Below are positions 31,736-45,600 of a DNA stretch of 64,000 nt, in pieces; within the stretch, counting starts at the first letter, position 1, and every line of letters begins with the position of its first letter. Location: positions 20,308,150-20,372,149 of the forward strand of contig NC_134026.1 in assembly GCF_964204645.1 (NCBI RefSeq). The letters run 5' to 3'. The translations under genes were made by a program, and so were the position numbers. This DNA comes from Tubulanus polymorphus (taxonomy: Eukaryota; Animalia; Nemertea). Below the pieces are notes generated by a model. That model did no database searches. It worked only from the letters and a program-made list of their open reading frames with translations, and was not told the DNA's origin.

Positions 31736-32105
31736 GTTTTTATCGGTGAGTATGAATCTAAACAAAAGATCACCCGGAGTTGGTTGCAATAGTATTTCGT
31801 ATTCGAATGCCGCCCAAAATATTAGGAAAAACCATTGTTTTTATTCTTAAAATTACTTCTTTTATCGGCGAATTAGAATCTAAACGAAACGTTACCCGGA
31901 GTTGGTTGCAACATTTCGTATTCGAACGCGGCGGGGCAAAATTGGGGCAAAATATTGGGCAAAAACTATTTAAGTTAATTTCTTTTTTTTCCTAAAATGA
32001 TTGCTTTTTTTATCGGCGAATTAGAATCTAAACGAATAGCCAACCGGATTGTTGCAATATTTCATATTCAAATGCCGATCGGAGATATTGGGCAAAAACT
32101 ATTGC
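31736..32105. repeat. Three diverged tandem copies of a ~125-150-bp unit
   Basis: TTTTATCGGYGA..(T)AGAATCTAAAC...CCGGA...GTTGCAA...TATTC recurs at ~31738, ~31860 and ~32008. Confidence 0.7.
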
Positions 32106-32914
32106 CCGTACACGACCATAATTATAAAGTTCATGGAGTATGCAGTTTCACTAACAGCAACCAAAAAGCGCCGGGAGCACAAACAGGCGCACAAATTTAT
32201 GGATTTTTATTTATTATCATAATCATAAGGATCCGGCGTTCGGGCGAAAGTGTAAGTCCGGTTGATACACCGAAGCGATGCTTTATTGCGAGACAAGTGC
32301 TCGGTAAATATTTTGCTCGTCTACAGATCGTACACAAACTTCAACATCAAAGTTAGCCACCCTCAACGTTAGCGAGTGTTCGCCAACAATTTGCCAACAA
32401 CACGAGCGCGGCCGATCCATCAGTAATAATGTTTAGCTCTTTCTCTTTTGCCGTAGTATGTGCGCACCGACTCTTGATTCGACTTTTGATACGGCCGTCA
32501 TACTATATACCACGGCGTCTGATGATGAAGAGATACGCTCGTATACGTCTAATAACTTAAACGCCGAATGAGTTCGGTTAATTACCGTTTGAGAGCCGCA
32601 ACACTTTGCTTTACACATGCCGCCGATCTTAACCGCAATTTGCCCGTAATTAATCATCCTGTACAAACGCGCGCGTTATTAAATGGCTTATAACGGGTCG
32701 CCGTCTTCAGATCCGGAATCTGATTCACTGTGGATGACTCGAATTTGAAATCCGAATCGCGTCGGTTGAATGATATAAGCTGTCGCGGATTCTTTCAAAA
32801 TATACCTCTCTATAACATAAGGTCAAATATACAAATTGGGGAAAAATAAGATTAGGGTAACACTTCATCAGTGACAGTATGTATCACAATATCACCTGTA
32901 ATCCAGCGAATTCA

Positions 32915-33425
32915 GATAAAATATTGGGGTGCAACAAGGAAACAGTCCAACGCTTTTCAACATTTTTATTAATGTTATTACATCTTTATTTGACGATTCG
33001 TGTCACCCGGTTCTACTGGACGATATCTACTCATGAATTATCTCTCTTCGTATACTGACGATTTTGTATTAGTATTTAATTCTGAAGAACATGGTCTTCA
33101 AAATTGTCATGACAAAATTGCAGAATGCTATCAAAAATGGGTATTTGGAAGTAAACATTTAGAACGGCAAGGCAATAGTTTTCAATGAGAAAGGTCATGT
33201 CAACACAAATTTTTATATAAATGGAATTAATGTTGAATTATAGTAAAAGGTATTTAGGACAAATATTTACAGCATCAGGATATTTGAACGAAGCTATAGG
33301 GAAGATCTACTCAAATAGGCTAGTAACCGAACCAGTATTAAAAAAATGATTCAGGATTGTCCAGCAAATGTATCATTAAAACAGTTTGACACTTTGGTAA
33401 TACCCATCCTACTATGGTTGTGCGT
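32915..33425 (+). pseudogene. Degenerate LINE reverse-transcriptase fragment
   Basis: Broken frames give GVQQG..SPTLFNIFIN, then YTDDFVL...GLQ (YADD-like), YLG and LFDTLVIPILLYG; frameshifts and stops are present. Confidence 0.7.
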
Positions 33426-36400
33426 AACGCGCAATGTTTGAAGAAAAAACGCCGATGATGTAGAATACGCTCAACAAAATCAACAAGATTTAGGGGTTAT
33501 TATACGTTATCATAGTACTATTCAGAGTTAGCATCGGCGGTTTATGTTTACTGGAAGATTTTGATTTCTGACAATATATTTTGAATCTCATCTATGCGAC
33601 ACTAAACATAAATGTTTCATATTTATAGAAGTCGAACTTTGTCTGCATCTATAGCTGGATTGATTAAAATTGTTAGTTCGCAAAATCAGGGTCACGGCGA
33701 CAACTAACATATCGAATGACCATTCTAGCATTCTAGAAAAAATACCTGCTTCAACCCATGACTTTTGTCCCGATATTGGAAACCTCTTAAAATGTGAAAC
33801 ATCCCACGGCCAGTGAATCGGGATCAACATTCAAAATAGCACATGGCTTCGCTTGTGTTCGAACCCGCAATCCATCGATCGATGGTTATATAGTTAAACA
33901 CTCAATCCCCAAGACACGAGATCATTATTTGACCATAAATTCCGGAGTTATATTTGTAACCTATTTACAAGTCTAGTCAACAATACCGATTTTCCTATAT
34001 ACACTGAATTAGACTAATATGAACCACAAAGTAAGCCATCAACACTCTCCAGATTCCAATTGTCGCCTCGTATGCGGGGGTGGAAGACCTCTCCGTTATA
34101 GGAGACATTGCGGATACGTACTTTTTTCCCTTAAAACGCGACCGACCGCCGTTTCAAACATTCGAACGATCCTCGCGTGTATATCATAAAGTATTTTCAC
34201 GTGAAAACTGATTAATTACAACTAGTCGGAATGCGATTTATGTCTACGTGCGTGAGGTAGAACTGTAAGGCATGTTGCGCCCGCGTTTACAGTATATGAA
34301 ACAAGATGTAATAGATGATACAACCGAAGCAGCAGGTTTTCCGGGAACATTTTTCTCTCGTAAGGCTTCGTTGTGGAAACTCGCGTTTCGACTCATCCAA
34401 CTACGGCATTTACGCGAACATTCACGAAAAACAATCAAACACGAAAAAGAATTCGGAAAATTCATTGTTTAAAATGAACTGATTTCTACTTGAAATGATT
34501 AAGTTTTATATCGATAAATATTGGACTAAATCTGCCTTGGACACCAACTCCGATGTTACATGAGACGAGTTTAGATAATTAGTTTGATCATGGACTCTTG
34601 AGTCCATGGTTTGATAGTGAGGTGCTTTTACAACTTGGCATAGTTTCAGTGGTTGGTATTTTCATACGTATATGGTTGCTGTTTTTCCTTGCCGAGACTT
34701 GTTATTTTTGGTTGCTGCATTGACCCCCTGACGGTTGCGGTGTCGAAATTAAACAATAAACCAACAGATAGCTTTTCAATATACGTTCCACTATACGATA
34801 AACAAGGTGTTTTCAATAGTGTTATTCATAAAGAAAATGCGTTTCAGATGCAAAATATGAAGCTGAACTGGAAATGTCACCAAGACCGAGATCATGTATA
34901 TTTGTTGGCTGTCTTATTGCCTTTGTGAACCCGTATTATCATCTATACAGATTATTCCATAAACGCATAAATGAATTATTAGCCCGCGCGCACTTTCTGC
35001 CGCGATGTTCATAGCTATCAATTGATAAGAAATAGCTATACGTCTCTCCTGCAAATTGACGAAACGATTGATCTAATAACAGCTTTGACTCCAATGTGGA
35101 AATCTTTGTATCAATTAGACCGATCAATAGCCGCAATAAATCAGTGAATGATTCACTATAAAGGCGCGATTAGGTCCGGTATATTGGATCCGCTGTTAAT
35201 CTGGCACCGGCGCGAGCGAGCGCATCGTGCCGCGATTCCGCGCAGTGACGAGCGGAAGCGACGCCGTCTGTTTCGACGAACTGTCGAGGTGACTTGATTG
35301 CTTAATGGAAGCATAGCCAGATGTTGTTCTGTGACAAAGTCGTAATTTGCGACAGCGTCGTTACGTGACAAATCACACACGCAGGACGTCGCGAAACTAT
35401 TTATTCATAGTATCGCCTAGAACAAGGCTTCGAGTACCCATAGCCGAATTATGTAGGTTTATCTATCCCGGTTTCTTCACATAGTTGAGCTGTTGAAACT
35501 TATTTTAACTGGATATGAAGCTTGACTTACTGGAGCTTTCATCTAGATCCTAGAATTGTTCACCAACTGTGGGATTTCCTCTGACATCATTCTGGGATTC
35601 CGATTGGGCGAATCTGTTGGTGCCTCCCCCTTAGTTCAGTTACGCAGGTTATTCCACACATTCGAGAGTTTTTACCAGCCCCACCCCCACTATAGCTCAA
35701 TTGAAAATGTTTCCCAATTGCTTTTTTTAGTTTTTCTGATTTTCTATTCTAAAACGGGCTTACGTATAGGCTATGCCAGGCTACGGCGTTTTACGTTTGA
35801 ACGAAATGAACATCGCGGAAAATGATCTCACAGGCAATCATCTCACCCACTGAACCCGTCTGAATCGACTTTACACACGGAAGGTGAACGGTTGGAATTT
35901 GTTCGGAATCTTGTTTTAGCGAATATAGCAACTTTTACAAGTGACATTCAAATATTCGCATTCGGTATACTATAGAAGAAACATCTTGATTGAAGAACTT
36001 CTCATCCATTTATCTGAAGGTTGTTACCGGAAAATATCCGACGTACAGGACATATTGTCTGCGCCTCAGATTTTGTACGATTATGCGAATTTGAAATGAA
36101 AATTAAATGAATTAACTCTATATATAAATATTTGAGAAACGCAGTCACGAGTCAACGTGTTGTATAAAGGAGGGGGTGCTAATAATTTGGGCAAAATAGC
36201 TTTTTGAAATTCGACCCGTTCCTCAGTTATGATGTCATCTTCAAGGTCATGTCACCGAAAAACAGAACTTAGTGCTTATTTCTTCCGCTAGATGGGCCAA
36301 TTCCGCACAACTAGACCCCGTACTCACATTTTGCCCGAAAGTTCCATCAAGATCGACCCACTATTAACGAAGCTAAGTAGCTGAAAGACAGACATTATAC

Positions 36401-38258
36401 ATAGACAGACAGACGGACAGACCAGTACGAGATTAAGGGTCTCACGGAAGACAGAAAACGAAAAAAACACGAATTTTGTATATTCCTTTGCCGAAGGTTT
36501 TGTCGGAGAACTGATCTTTGAGGAGCGACAACCTGTTTGGTTACACGATTCTGGGCGAGGATATATGAAACGGAATAAAGCGAATGTAGCCAGGACTATG
36601 TTGGCGCTTGGAGTAATCATTTGTAATGATTACTCCAAGGTCGGCGTAAGCCAAAGCCTGTGATACCGACGTCCATGGCCTTAGCGATACTTTGAAAGTA
36701 CAGTTGGTATTTTCATTCGATGCATATAATATCTTGGTTTTTTTCCCCATTTCTAGATAACATGAAGGCTAACATATTGGCAACATCATAACCGTACGAA
36801 TGTAGGCAAATCATGCCTAAAGTAGCCATCAGGTAACTACTAGTTGCAGACGAAACAAAACGTTTAGCTCGTTATCTCCAGGTTAGTTTATACCATATGT
36901 TAAAGCGTCTGCACACGTGACGATGATGAAATCCATATCGAATTGGCGAAATTAAGCGAATACATAAAAATGTATCGTATAACGAAAAATACGAAGGCTC
37001 TCATTCTCGCTCTCTATCCTTCATCTCTGTAATACTCGCGTGGTTAGAGTAACGAGTAACAGTGATTTTCAGCCGACCCCTCCTACGGTCGATTTTACGG
37101 GGAAGACGTGATCGTAATTAGAGGCATTAAAGCTACTAACTGTGTTATGAAGTCGTCGCGTTGGTAAAATTCCAGATACCGGTATACGAAGCCGCGTACC
37201 ATTTTCCTGCGAACGAGGAATCATCCATTTTTTTCTAAGCACGTTGTTCTTAAGAATTATCATCTAATGCAAGTAAAATTTAAAATAAATCCTCAAATGC
37301 TCGCATCGGAAGGTTCCAGGGCCCAGTGCCATAATCGAGACCAAAATTTGTCTCAAATCCTAAGTTGGTCTTAGAACAGTCTTGAGTCTAAGCTCTGACT
37401 ACAATATGTTATTCATCGACAATCTTGAATTAATGAAGGAGAGTGACTACAGCGATATTTGTGAGATGTTCATGGCCGTATCAAGCCTATATCTTTTATC
37501 ATACCATGTGTGTCGAAATGGGAATTTTGCGATGTGTTTTTTAATTATTTTCATTCCAACTCTAAATTCCCATTAACAAGCGCCACGTTTGTCCATTATG
37601 TACTTAGATAAAAAGGCATTGTGCGCAATAAACCGCGAATTTCGAGAATTCTGCAACATTTCGCGGTGCGTTTCAGAGAGCTATAGAGTTTCACCGCAGA
37701 AAATGGCATTCAAACACGGACGACATGTCGTCGAATGCATTACCGCTTTTTCAGCGAAACGTCGGCGCATCGAAAACGGATCCTCTCGAGGGAGTTTACA
37801 ACGGCGATAAGCTGATTTTTGAACTGAAGATGTGCTAAGTTCAAACACATCCGGGCTCCGTATATACATCGTATTGACTTAGATTGACTGCGTTCCGTTT
37901 TGTTGACTCGGATATTCATTTGCTTCTTGTGTGTCAAGTGATCGTAGCGGAACCGGTGGATTTCGATACGTACTCATTGACCAGCCGTTATTCGAGGATA
38001 TGGGGCCCGTTTCGCAAAACGATCTATTTCATTATTTCATCGTTTTCGTGTTGCGATCACTGATGAAATGTTGTCCTGTGAAACGGGTCCTGGGCTCCGA
38101 CGGAGCAAACGATTTACATGAATCAAATGCCCAAGTTTCATCACGGGTGTGAGATAAATCTGGCTTATTAGAGTCAAAATTGCCTTTTTCAAGAACCGGG
38201 ATTGGGTATTGAAATCTTGACGGACAATTTTTGAACTGAGTATTAAGATCGACAATGG

Positions 38259-38390
38259 CATCCTCGCTTGCCAGGCTTTGATCTCCGCCCAATACGCCCA
38301 AGAAATATCGGGCAATACAATAGACCAATGAAGGGTCTGCGGGCAGGGTTTCTTCGGTGGGTGGCAATCAAACCCTGGCAAGCGAGGATG
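38259..38390. repeat. 132-bp hairpin/MITE with 24-bp inverted arms
   Basis: CATCCTCGCTTGCCAGGCTTTGAT versus ATCAAACCCTGGCAAGCGAGGATG (23/24 complementary). Confidence 0.75.
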
Positions 38391-39185
38391 TAACATACGC
38401 TGGAATCGAGGCCATTGTGGTGGTGATGGTGGTCGTTGTCCTGCCTCCAGCAGTCATTAGTGATTATTAAAAGAATTTCGAACGATGGCCGTCTCAATTT
38501 CCGGATGGAAGCACCACGGGAATGCCGTCGTATAGAGAATCGGTTTGTCATAGAAGCGTCATTTTTGCCGTCGGCTAATTCAGAAATGACACCGAAATAA
38601 ATAGCTTCATTAAAAACGGACGAAAAGAGTTCCGGCGAGCTTTGACGACGAAAACAACGCGTTACTCACGAATAATGAGGTCGTCTATACACGTTGGCAG
38701 GTTGAAACTGATTAGGAAAAATACTTTCATGACAATTTTTGAGCGCATCTCAGTCAGCGGCACCGATTGGCCTAAATGGGCTCGTAACCTTTGTTAAACG
38801 AAGTGCGTGATGTCTCTGCTGAGAAAACGATGTTTTCTCGCTGTGAATTTAGACATTTTGTAGCGATAGTATTTGTGGCACTTAAGCAGTGTAACCGAAG
38901 ATCAAACAATATTTCAATAAACGAAATATAGAACTAGGGTAGATTACGCTATTATCTTCGGTTTCGAGATATTGCCCCAATTATACTTCTGGCGGTTAGT
39001 TACCGCTTTTGTCCAGAAACGCAGACACGTACGGCTTCGAGTAATCGAATTGGAGCAGATATCTTTAGCTAAGAAGTCGCCAGAAGGCAATGCCAAAAAT
39101 TCTCACTTATATATAGAATGAGAATGAGAAAGATTTCTCAAATGGCTGCATTACAGACTGCGTGATTGAGCCGAGAATTTGAAAG

Positions 39186-39410
39186 CAGGGGCGGATCCAA
39201 TTGGATGGTGCGGGGGGTCCGCATCCCCCACTAAAAATGTCTAGTTGCTCCGAAATTTCACGGGAAAATGAAAAATATTAAACCGATACCTTAAAAAGCT
39301 TAAATTCAAAAGCTTGTTCTCTGTATTTCCAAATTTGAGTTAATGTTTTCTGATGATCGGTCGTCCAATCAATGCACCCCTCCCTGAATCAGACCTGAGA
39401 TCCGTCACTG
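39186..39410. mobile_element. CAGGGG-ended MITE family, copy 2
   Basis: CAGGGGCGGATCCA...AGATCCGTCACTG; shares GAAATTTYACGGGAAAAT, TAAATTCAWAAGCTTGTT and GAGTTAATGTTTTC with 20820-21069. Confidence 0.6.
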
Positions 39411-39805
39411 GGAAGTGTTTCTGTAGAAGCCAAGAATTGAGCCATAATGGAACGAACAAGTATCGAGGACAGAGCATACATCAATTTGGACTCGTGCGTG
39501 TATATATACATATATGCATTTTGACGAATATGACGAAATTCACCTGATTATAATCAACTTTCGTCCTGGTGATGAGTTATCACGATATTGATTATCAACA
39601 TTGATTATCACAATAGCGAATTGAACATTTCATAGAAAAACACCATTAAAGACATCGTGTCAGTGTACTATTAGTTCGGAACGGAATAAATTCTCATCTG
39701 GGTCTCTCGGATTTCCGGCGGCTCGGGTTACCTAATAGGATCTACTCTAAGAACTACTTTGTATACGAAAAAAAGAACGCTCGTGGTAATAATACAGACG
39801 ATGTG

Positions 39806-39808
<3 letters not shown>

Positions 39809-39837
<29 letters not shown>
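39809..39837. repeat. (GT)n microsatellite
   Basis: About 14 GT units. Confidence 0.9.
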
Positions 39838-39842
<5 letters not shown>

Positions 39843-42429
39843 TAGCCCGCGAATAAATCATATATTACGATTGAAATAGTTTGCCCCGTTTATTGGCGGC
39901 GTTCTGGCAATAACCGCCAGATTAAGTTGTGATCGGTGGGACAACCGAACGGCTGAGATGTCTGGTTTTATAGGCATTTCTGAAGTGCGCAGGTATAATA
40001 TTCTCTCCCGGTGGGAACATAGTGCTTGTTTCTCAAATTGCCAGTGTATATCCACTTATCGTTGTAAACTTGGTATCAATTTGCAATCGACTAATATGCT
40101 ATCCGGCGGCTTACTCCACGCACTGAGAGAAATTATATATCAAGGTTTCCTTTTTGAGCATCCTTTTTGCGGTGTGCCATTTTTCTCGCGGACTCCTCGC
40201 TGTCGTCTATCGAAGGGTATAAATATTCGATGCTTGTAGAATTGTGTGGCGAGCCTAAATTTTCTTCAGGTGTAAAAACGTAGAATGAAATGCCTCTCGT
40301 TATTCAGCCTCCCCCCTTATTTAAACGATCTCAAGATTAAGGGTTAGGTTTAGGGTCAGCAGCGCCATTATAACTCCCAACTTGATCCGCCGATCTATTG
40401 TTGGGACATCTGACATCGAAGGGGTAGCTGATTCTATGACACCGGTCTATGTTGCCTGATGCCCCCGATAAAGTACGCAGGCCTATAAGCGAAAACCGAA
40501 CGACGCAATATTCAACCATATACGTATATATAAACTAAGGGTGAAGGTCCCGAGTTTCCTTTTATTTCCCAACGACAAATCCACACTCGTTCGCGTTCAA
40601 GGACATTCGAATGCGCTATATATTGTCGCAATTATACGTACGTGTAAGAATGAAAGGTCGAAAACGAGCGAGGAATTTTGAAAATGTTTCGAAAAGCGTC
40701 TTCTCGTGGTAAAACATATTTTCAGTATCGCGTTCTACAACCGATATCAAATGCAAACACTTGAAGTATTTTAACAACTCTTGTAAGTGATATGTAGGTG
40801 GAATGGATTAATATCGACTGCCGTTGTTCGATTGCTCATGCGCTCACAGGGCGAATTAATGAAATGGGTTGCAAAAAGCCCATTTTCAACCAGAAAATGG
40901 GTGGACTTTTAATCTAAATGTTAACAAAGTAGGTTAAGGAGTTCTAGTCAGATATATACATTTCATAGGTGAGTATTCAGCAGCGTAAAAATGTGGGCTC
41001 TTTTTAACAGCTATTCAAGAACGGGACACATCTATTCGGAAGACAGGATTCACGCAACAACGGTAACGATCAAGTTATCCGAACGCGTTGATTCGTGAGA
41101 ATGAAGTTCCCGGAATCAAACTATTTCGATATCGACTTCGTTCGAGGCACAAAACGTTCGGCAGTCTCCCAATGGCCATATGCGAGAAAGAATGCCGTAA
41201 AAAGGTGGTGGATTCATCGAATCCTTCGATCTATTTCGTTGGAGATCATTATCGTGCTATTTCGTTAATCTTTAAACGACAATCGTGAAAGATTGCCTCG
41301 CTCGACCCAGTGATATTCATTTGGGCGTATTATCTTAACGCGATAGTATAGAAATAGAAAATAAATCCCATTCGATGATTTTCACGCCTTTGACATTTCA
41401 CGGACGATATTATCATTTGTGATCAATAGATATCCTTACCAATAATACAAATAAACAAACATATATATTTATAGATGTATACTATATCACCCATCAGCTC
41501 CCGAGATCCTCTGCGTTTATGTATGGGTGTAGCGCTGTAGTGAATGAAATTAATATTGTCGACAAAAGTGAATGGAAAATGAAATTGCGATACATAACGA
41601 ATACACCCGCACGATCGTCATCAAACGGTTAACAAGAGTTTCTGCGTCAGCTTCCATCAACAGACCCTGACTAGTATATCAAACATCTGAACAGACATAC
41701 AACCCACAGGGTGTATAATGTCTTTCCTGTGAAACCGAATTGCAGCTGACGATTGCATTATTAATGGACACAGTGTATGTAAAAATGGTCTAACTATTAG
41801 TTATCAGGTGTGTAAACTTGGCGAGGTTGTTAGCGGCGCAGTCAGTACTTGCATCTGGTAAAAGTTAATAAGGGTTTAGCGTTAATTGCTAAATCGTTTT
41901 ATCACGGAATGCTCTTGAACGTGGCTACAGCGTAGGAAACAACTCAAAAATAAGAGTTAAATAATCCTTACTTACATATGGATATCTGAGTTACGATATA
42001 ACTTTTTTGATAGATATGTAGATGAATTGAAAAATAATATATGGGCAAGCCCGTGGATAATACGCTTAGGGTTTTATTTAGAAATGGCAGGGATTCTGTT
42101 GGGAGATTCTAGCAACGGGCTGGTTGGGTAGGCCCTATCGTCGGGTGACCAGTATTTTAGTGGAAATTAAAACAATTCGACAAAACAAAATTCATCATGC
42201 TATCGTTTATGTATTTGCCTAGAACACTGAAATGTAATATCATTGCTTCTGGTTATTGGATACAGTTCGCATATGCTGACACGTAAGGCAAAAATAAAAT
42301 TTTAACCAGAAAAGATTTTCAATGTTATAACAACATTCACACTCGCGAAGATGGTTCTTGATGGTTACGTTTTTGTTTTCAAAATGGCCGTTTGCGGTTT
42401 TCCAAATTCGAACATCGGATTGGCCAATG

Positions 42430-42629
42430 CAGGGGTCGATCTAGGAAAATTTGAACCCAGGGTCCGGGAAAACAGACTTTCAGATAGTGGCCATGTATTA
42501 GGATACTAACGGGGTCCCACCATCGGTATTAGATATTTTTGAAGAAATAAATCCTAAAAATATACAATTTCCAAAAATATGAGTGTCAAATTTGCCACCT
42601 CCGTGACCACCCCCTATAATCCACCCCTG
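42430..42629. mobile_element. CAGGGG-ended MITE-like element
   Basis: CAGGGGTCGATCTA ... TAATCCACCCCTG inverted termini. Confidence 0.45.
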
Positions 42630-45600
42630 CCGATGATCGGCGATTACGTATATATTACGTGAATATGTATATATATGACGTAAGAGCGCGCGTGTTAGAC
42701 GTATCCGAGAGTCCTATCAAGAAATTTCAGCTCTCGGCTTCACAGCCGTATCAACCCTATAGATCTCGACGGCTTAGCCTGATGTTCGTAATTACCTAAT
42801 TATAGTTACAAATACGACGCGACGTCGTGAACGAAAAAGACGAGCGACAGATAGCGCATCGAAGACCGATGAAATCAGAAACCTTTTATCGACCCGGATT
42901 CGTTTCGTGTCAGCGTGTTCCTTTAACGTTATTTCTCGTTGTTTTTACAAAGTATGCACACACACTCACTCGCACGACAATCAGCCAGCTAATACTGATG
43001 AAGTAGAGTTGTAGTAACGAAATATAGAAATTCAAACGACCGGTGTCACTGAAAATCACATATGCATTGCTTTATTCATTTACTATTTTCTTTATTCATT
43101 TATCTATTATAGTGACATGCGCAATATGAATACATAATGATGCGAGTCAATTACCTTTACCTGCACCCAGCCCAAAGGTGGACATACAAGTCACCCTACA
43201 CACAAACAGATATCAGTGGGTATAGGGTTGCCAACCACAGTTTCTTTCTATAGAATGCAGAATTACAAAAGTACAAAAACAAAACTGTACAGTAGTTATG
43301 TTAGTAAAAGTGAGTTCCTTCTTCTCCATGCTTCCATGAGAAAATTAGCAAATTTCAATTGAAAATTCGACAAGTTGATCTAATGAGAGATGGTCGAAAC
43401 TTTCTACCACCAAAGGTTGGATTTCATGTAAAATAATCTTTCCAAGGTCCTGATAAGTCGGGTATACAAGGACAAATTGGAAGTATACACAATCGTATGT
43501 GTTACTAAATGTGTTTGGTGACGTGGCGTCGAGCTTCGAGTATATAGAATATATGTGTAATATCGTATTTTTTATTATTCTTTAAAACCTCTCCAGGGCC
43601 TTGGATGATGTCGACGTAACCGTTTGTTCCGTAGAAACGATATATCGCTTGAGAGCGTTCAACTGATATATTTGAAACATTAGACGTTATCGGCGAGTAG
43701 GTTTACAAGTATTTTCGAAGAACGATGGATTACTATAAGAATGCTTAATTTCGACATTCAGCTCTTTCCGCAGGGAAAACTACTAACTATAGTACCATTT
43801 TTTTTCTTCATATATCAACGTGTTGGCATTTTCATTGAGGTAGATGACTTCGAAGAAAGCTTTTACTTATGTATATACGAATCATACTCGGCGAAAAGTC
43901 GCTGAACTTATTCTTTATTCTCGTTGACATGGAGGAACATGGAGTGAGATAGGGGGAAATTTCCATTGACTCCATCCATCGGGGACGACGACGAAAACTA
44001 TCAGACCCCTCCAACGATTAAGAAAAAAACAAACTATCTAGACTATAATTGATGAAGGGGTAATCTAACTATGTGCAGTGTGTCCACATAGATAAACGTC
44101 ATGTATGTTATAAATCTATGTGGAAAGCTTTCAATTATTACCTTTGGTATATTATGTATTCAATGATGTATTCAATGTATCTATATACTTGAATTATCTT
44201 CATGTATCCGCCATACAGTATATGTAATTGTGTTGTATCATAAAAATTTTTGTTTTTTTACATAATAAACTAACAATAATAATAATAATGATTAATTATT
44301 TTTCCTACAAACGCTCACCGAGCTCATAATGACCAAAGGCGATGGCAATTTTTATACAAGCGTACTCACTATACGGCATTGCTCCCGGTTGGTTTTTTAT
44401 GACTATATAAAACTGAAGGGTCTCTGTGATTAAACGATAGGATTTGTGCGTGGGTGTCACTTAATGTACGATTGTACGTGTGGGCGAATTCCAGGTTTTT
44501 CGAGAACGAAATTTTCAAACAATTTTTTATATGAAAAAAGAAACTTTTTAATTCGTTCGCGCGCATCGAACGGGAAGCGCATTCGGGCATGTGGTATACG
44601 TCGCGCATAGACGGATATTCTAGAAAGATATCCATTTTTTTGAATAAATCTCAATGCTTACGAAGGCGACTGAGCTAAAGTGTGAAATACAGAATTCTGG
44701 GATGCTAGATCGTTTTTGTTGTTTTTCAAACCAGAATATGGCTATAACGCTTAAGTGATGTGTAAAGGTACCAAGAATCGAAGATTCCACTCGTGGCAAG
44801 AACGGCTTCCAAGTTTTTCCTACAGTTCAGTTAAGACTGAATCTACTTTCAATTTACAATGAGCATTAGTTGGAAAATTATTCGTAGAATAACCGGGTGT
44901 ATAATAAATAACGAGAACGAACAGTTCTGTTAACTATTTATTTGACGCACGAGCTTTCGCTACCAATGTATAAAAGAGCTTCATCAGGTTATGAAGCTAC
45001 TATACATTAATAATCTAATCCTTTATTTTTTTCGTACGACAATTTTCTGGATTCCAAAAAAAGAATTACTAAAAACCCAGTTTCAAGTTCATCGAAAGAT
45101 CGAAAGTTATAGGCTTATGATCAAAAAAACCTTTAAAAAATGTCGGCGATAATTCTAGATCGAAACTAGGACGATTACATTATCATTTCTGAACTTTTCC
45201 GATCATACGCTGCGTAAATAGAAAATTTTATGAATAAACCTGCTATATTTTTCACTGGGCGGATTTGTCGAATTTAAGAACACGTGTTTGTCATAATATT
45301 CATAGCGTCATCACGGCGGCGCCTGGAAAAAGAACAACGAACACGAGACTTAGCGCCCAGGGATGTAAACCCATGCTACACGCGCAATTATGCGCGAATT
45401 CCTAAAATCAATATAAAACATCAGAGAAAATAAGTTTAATTGAAATGGTAGACCATATTATTTCTCACACATCTTCGTAAACTTTAAAAGGGCAAACGGT
45501 TTCATCGTAATGACGATTAAGGTACTAATCGCAGATTTCGGATATTTTTCTCGAAAACGGTCTTAACTTTCGGACTGGGAGATTACGCGAACTGAACCGA

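Noticed and set aside
38032-38551. Three overlapping minus-strand ORFs, one with a His run
   Set aside because: They run through a hairpin MITE and show no protein family features.
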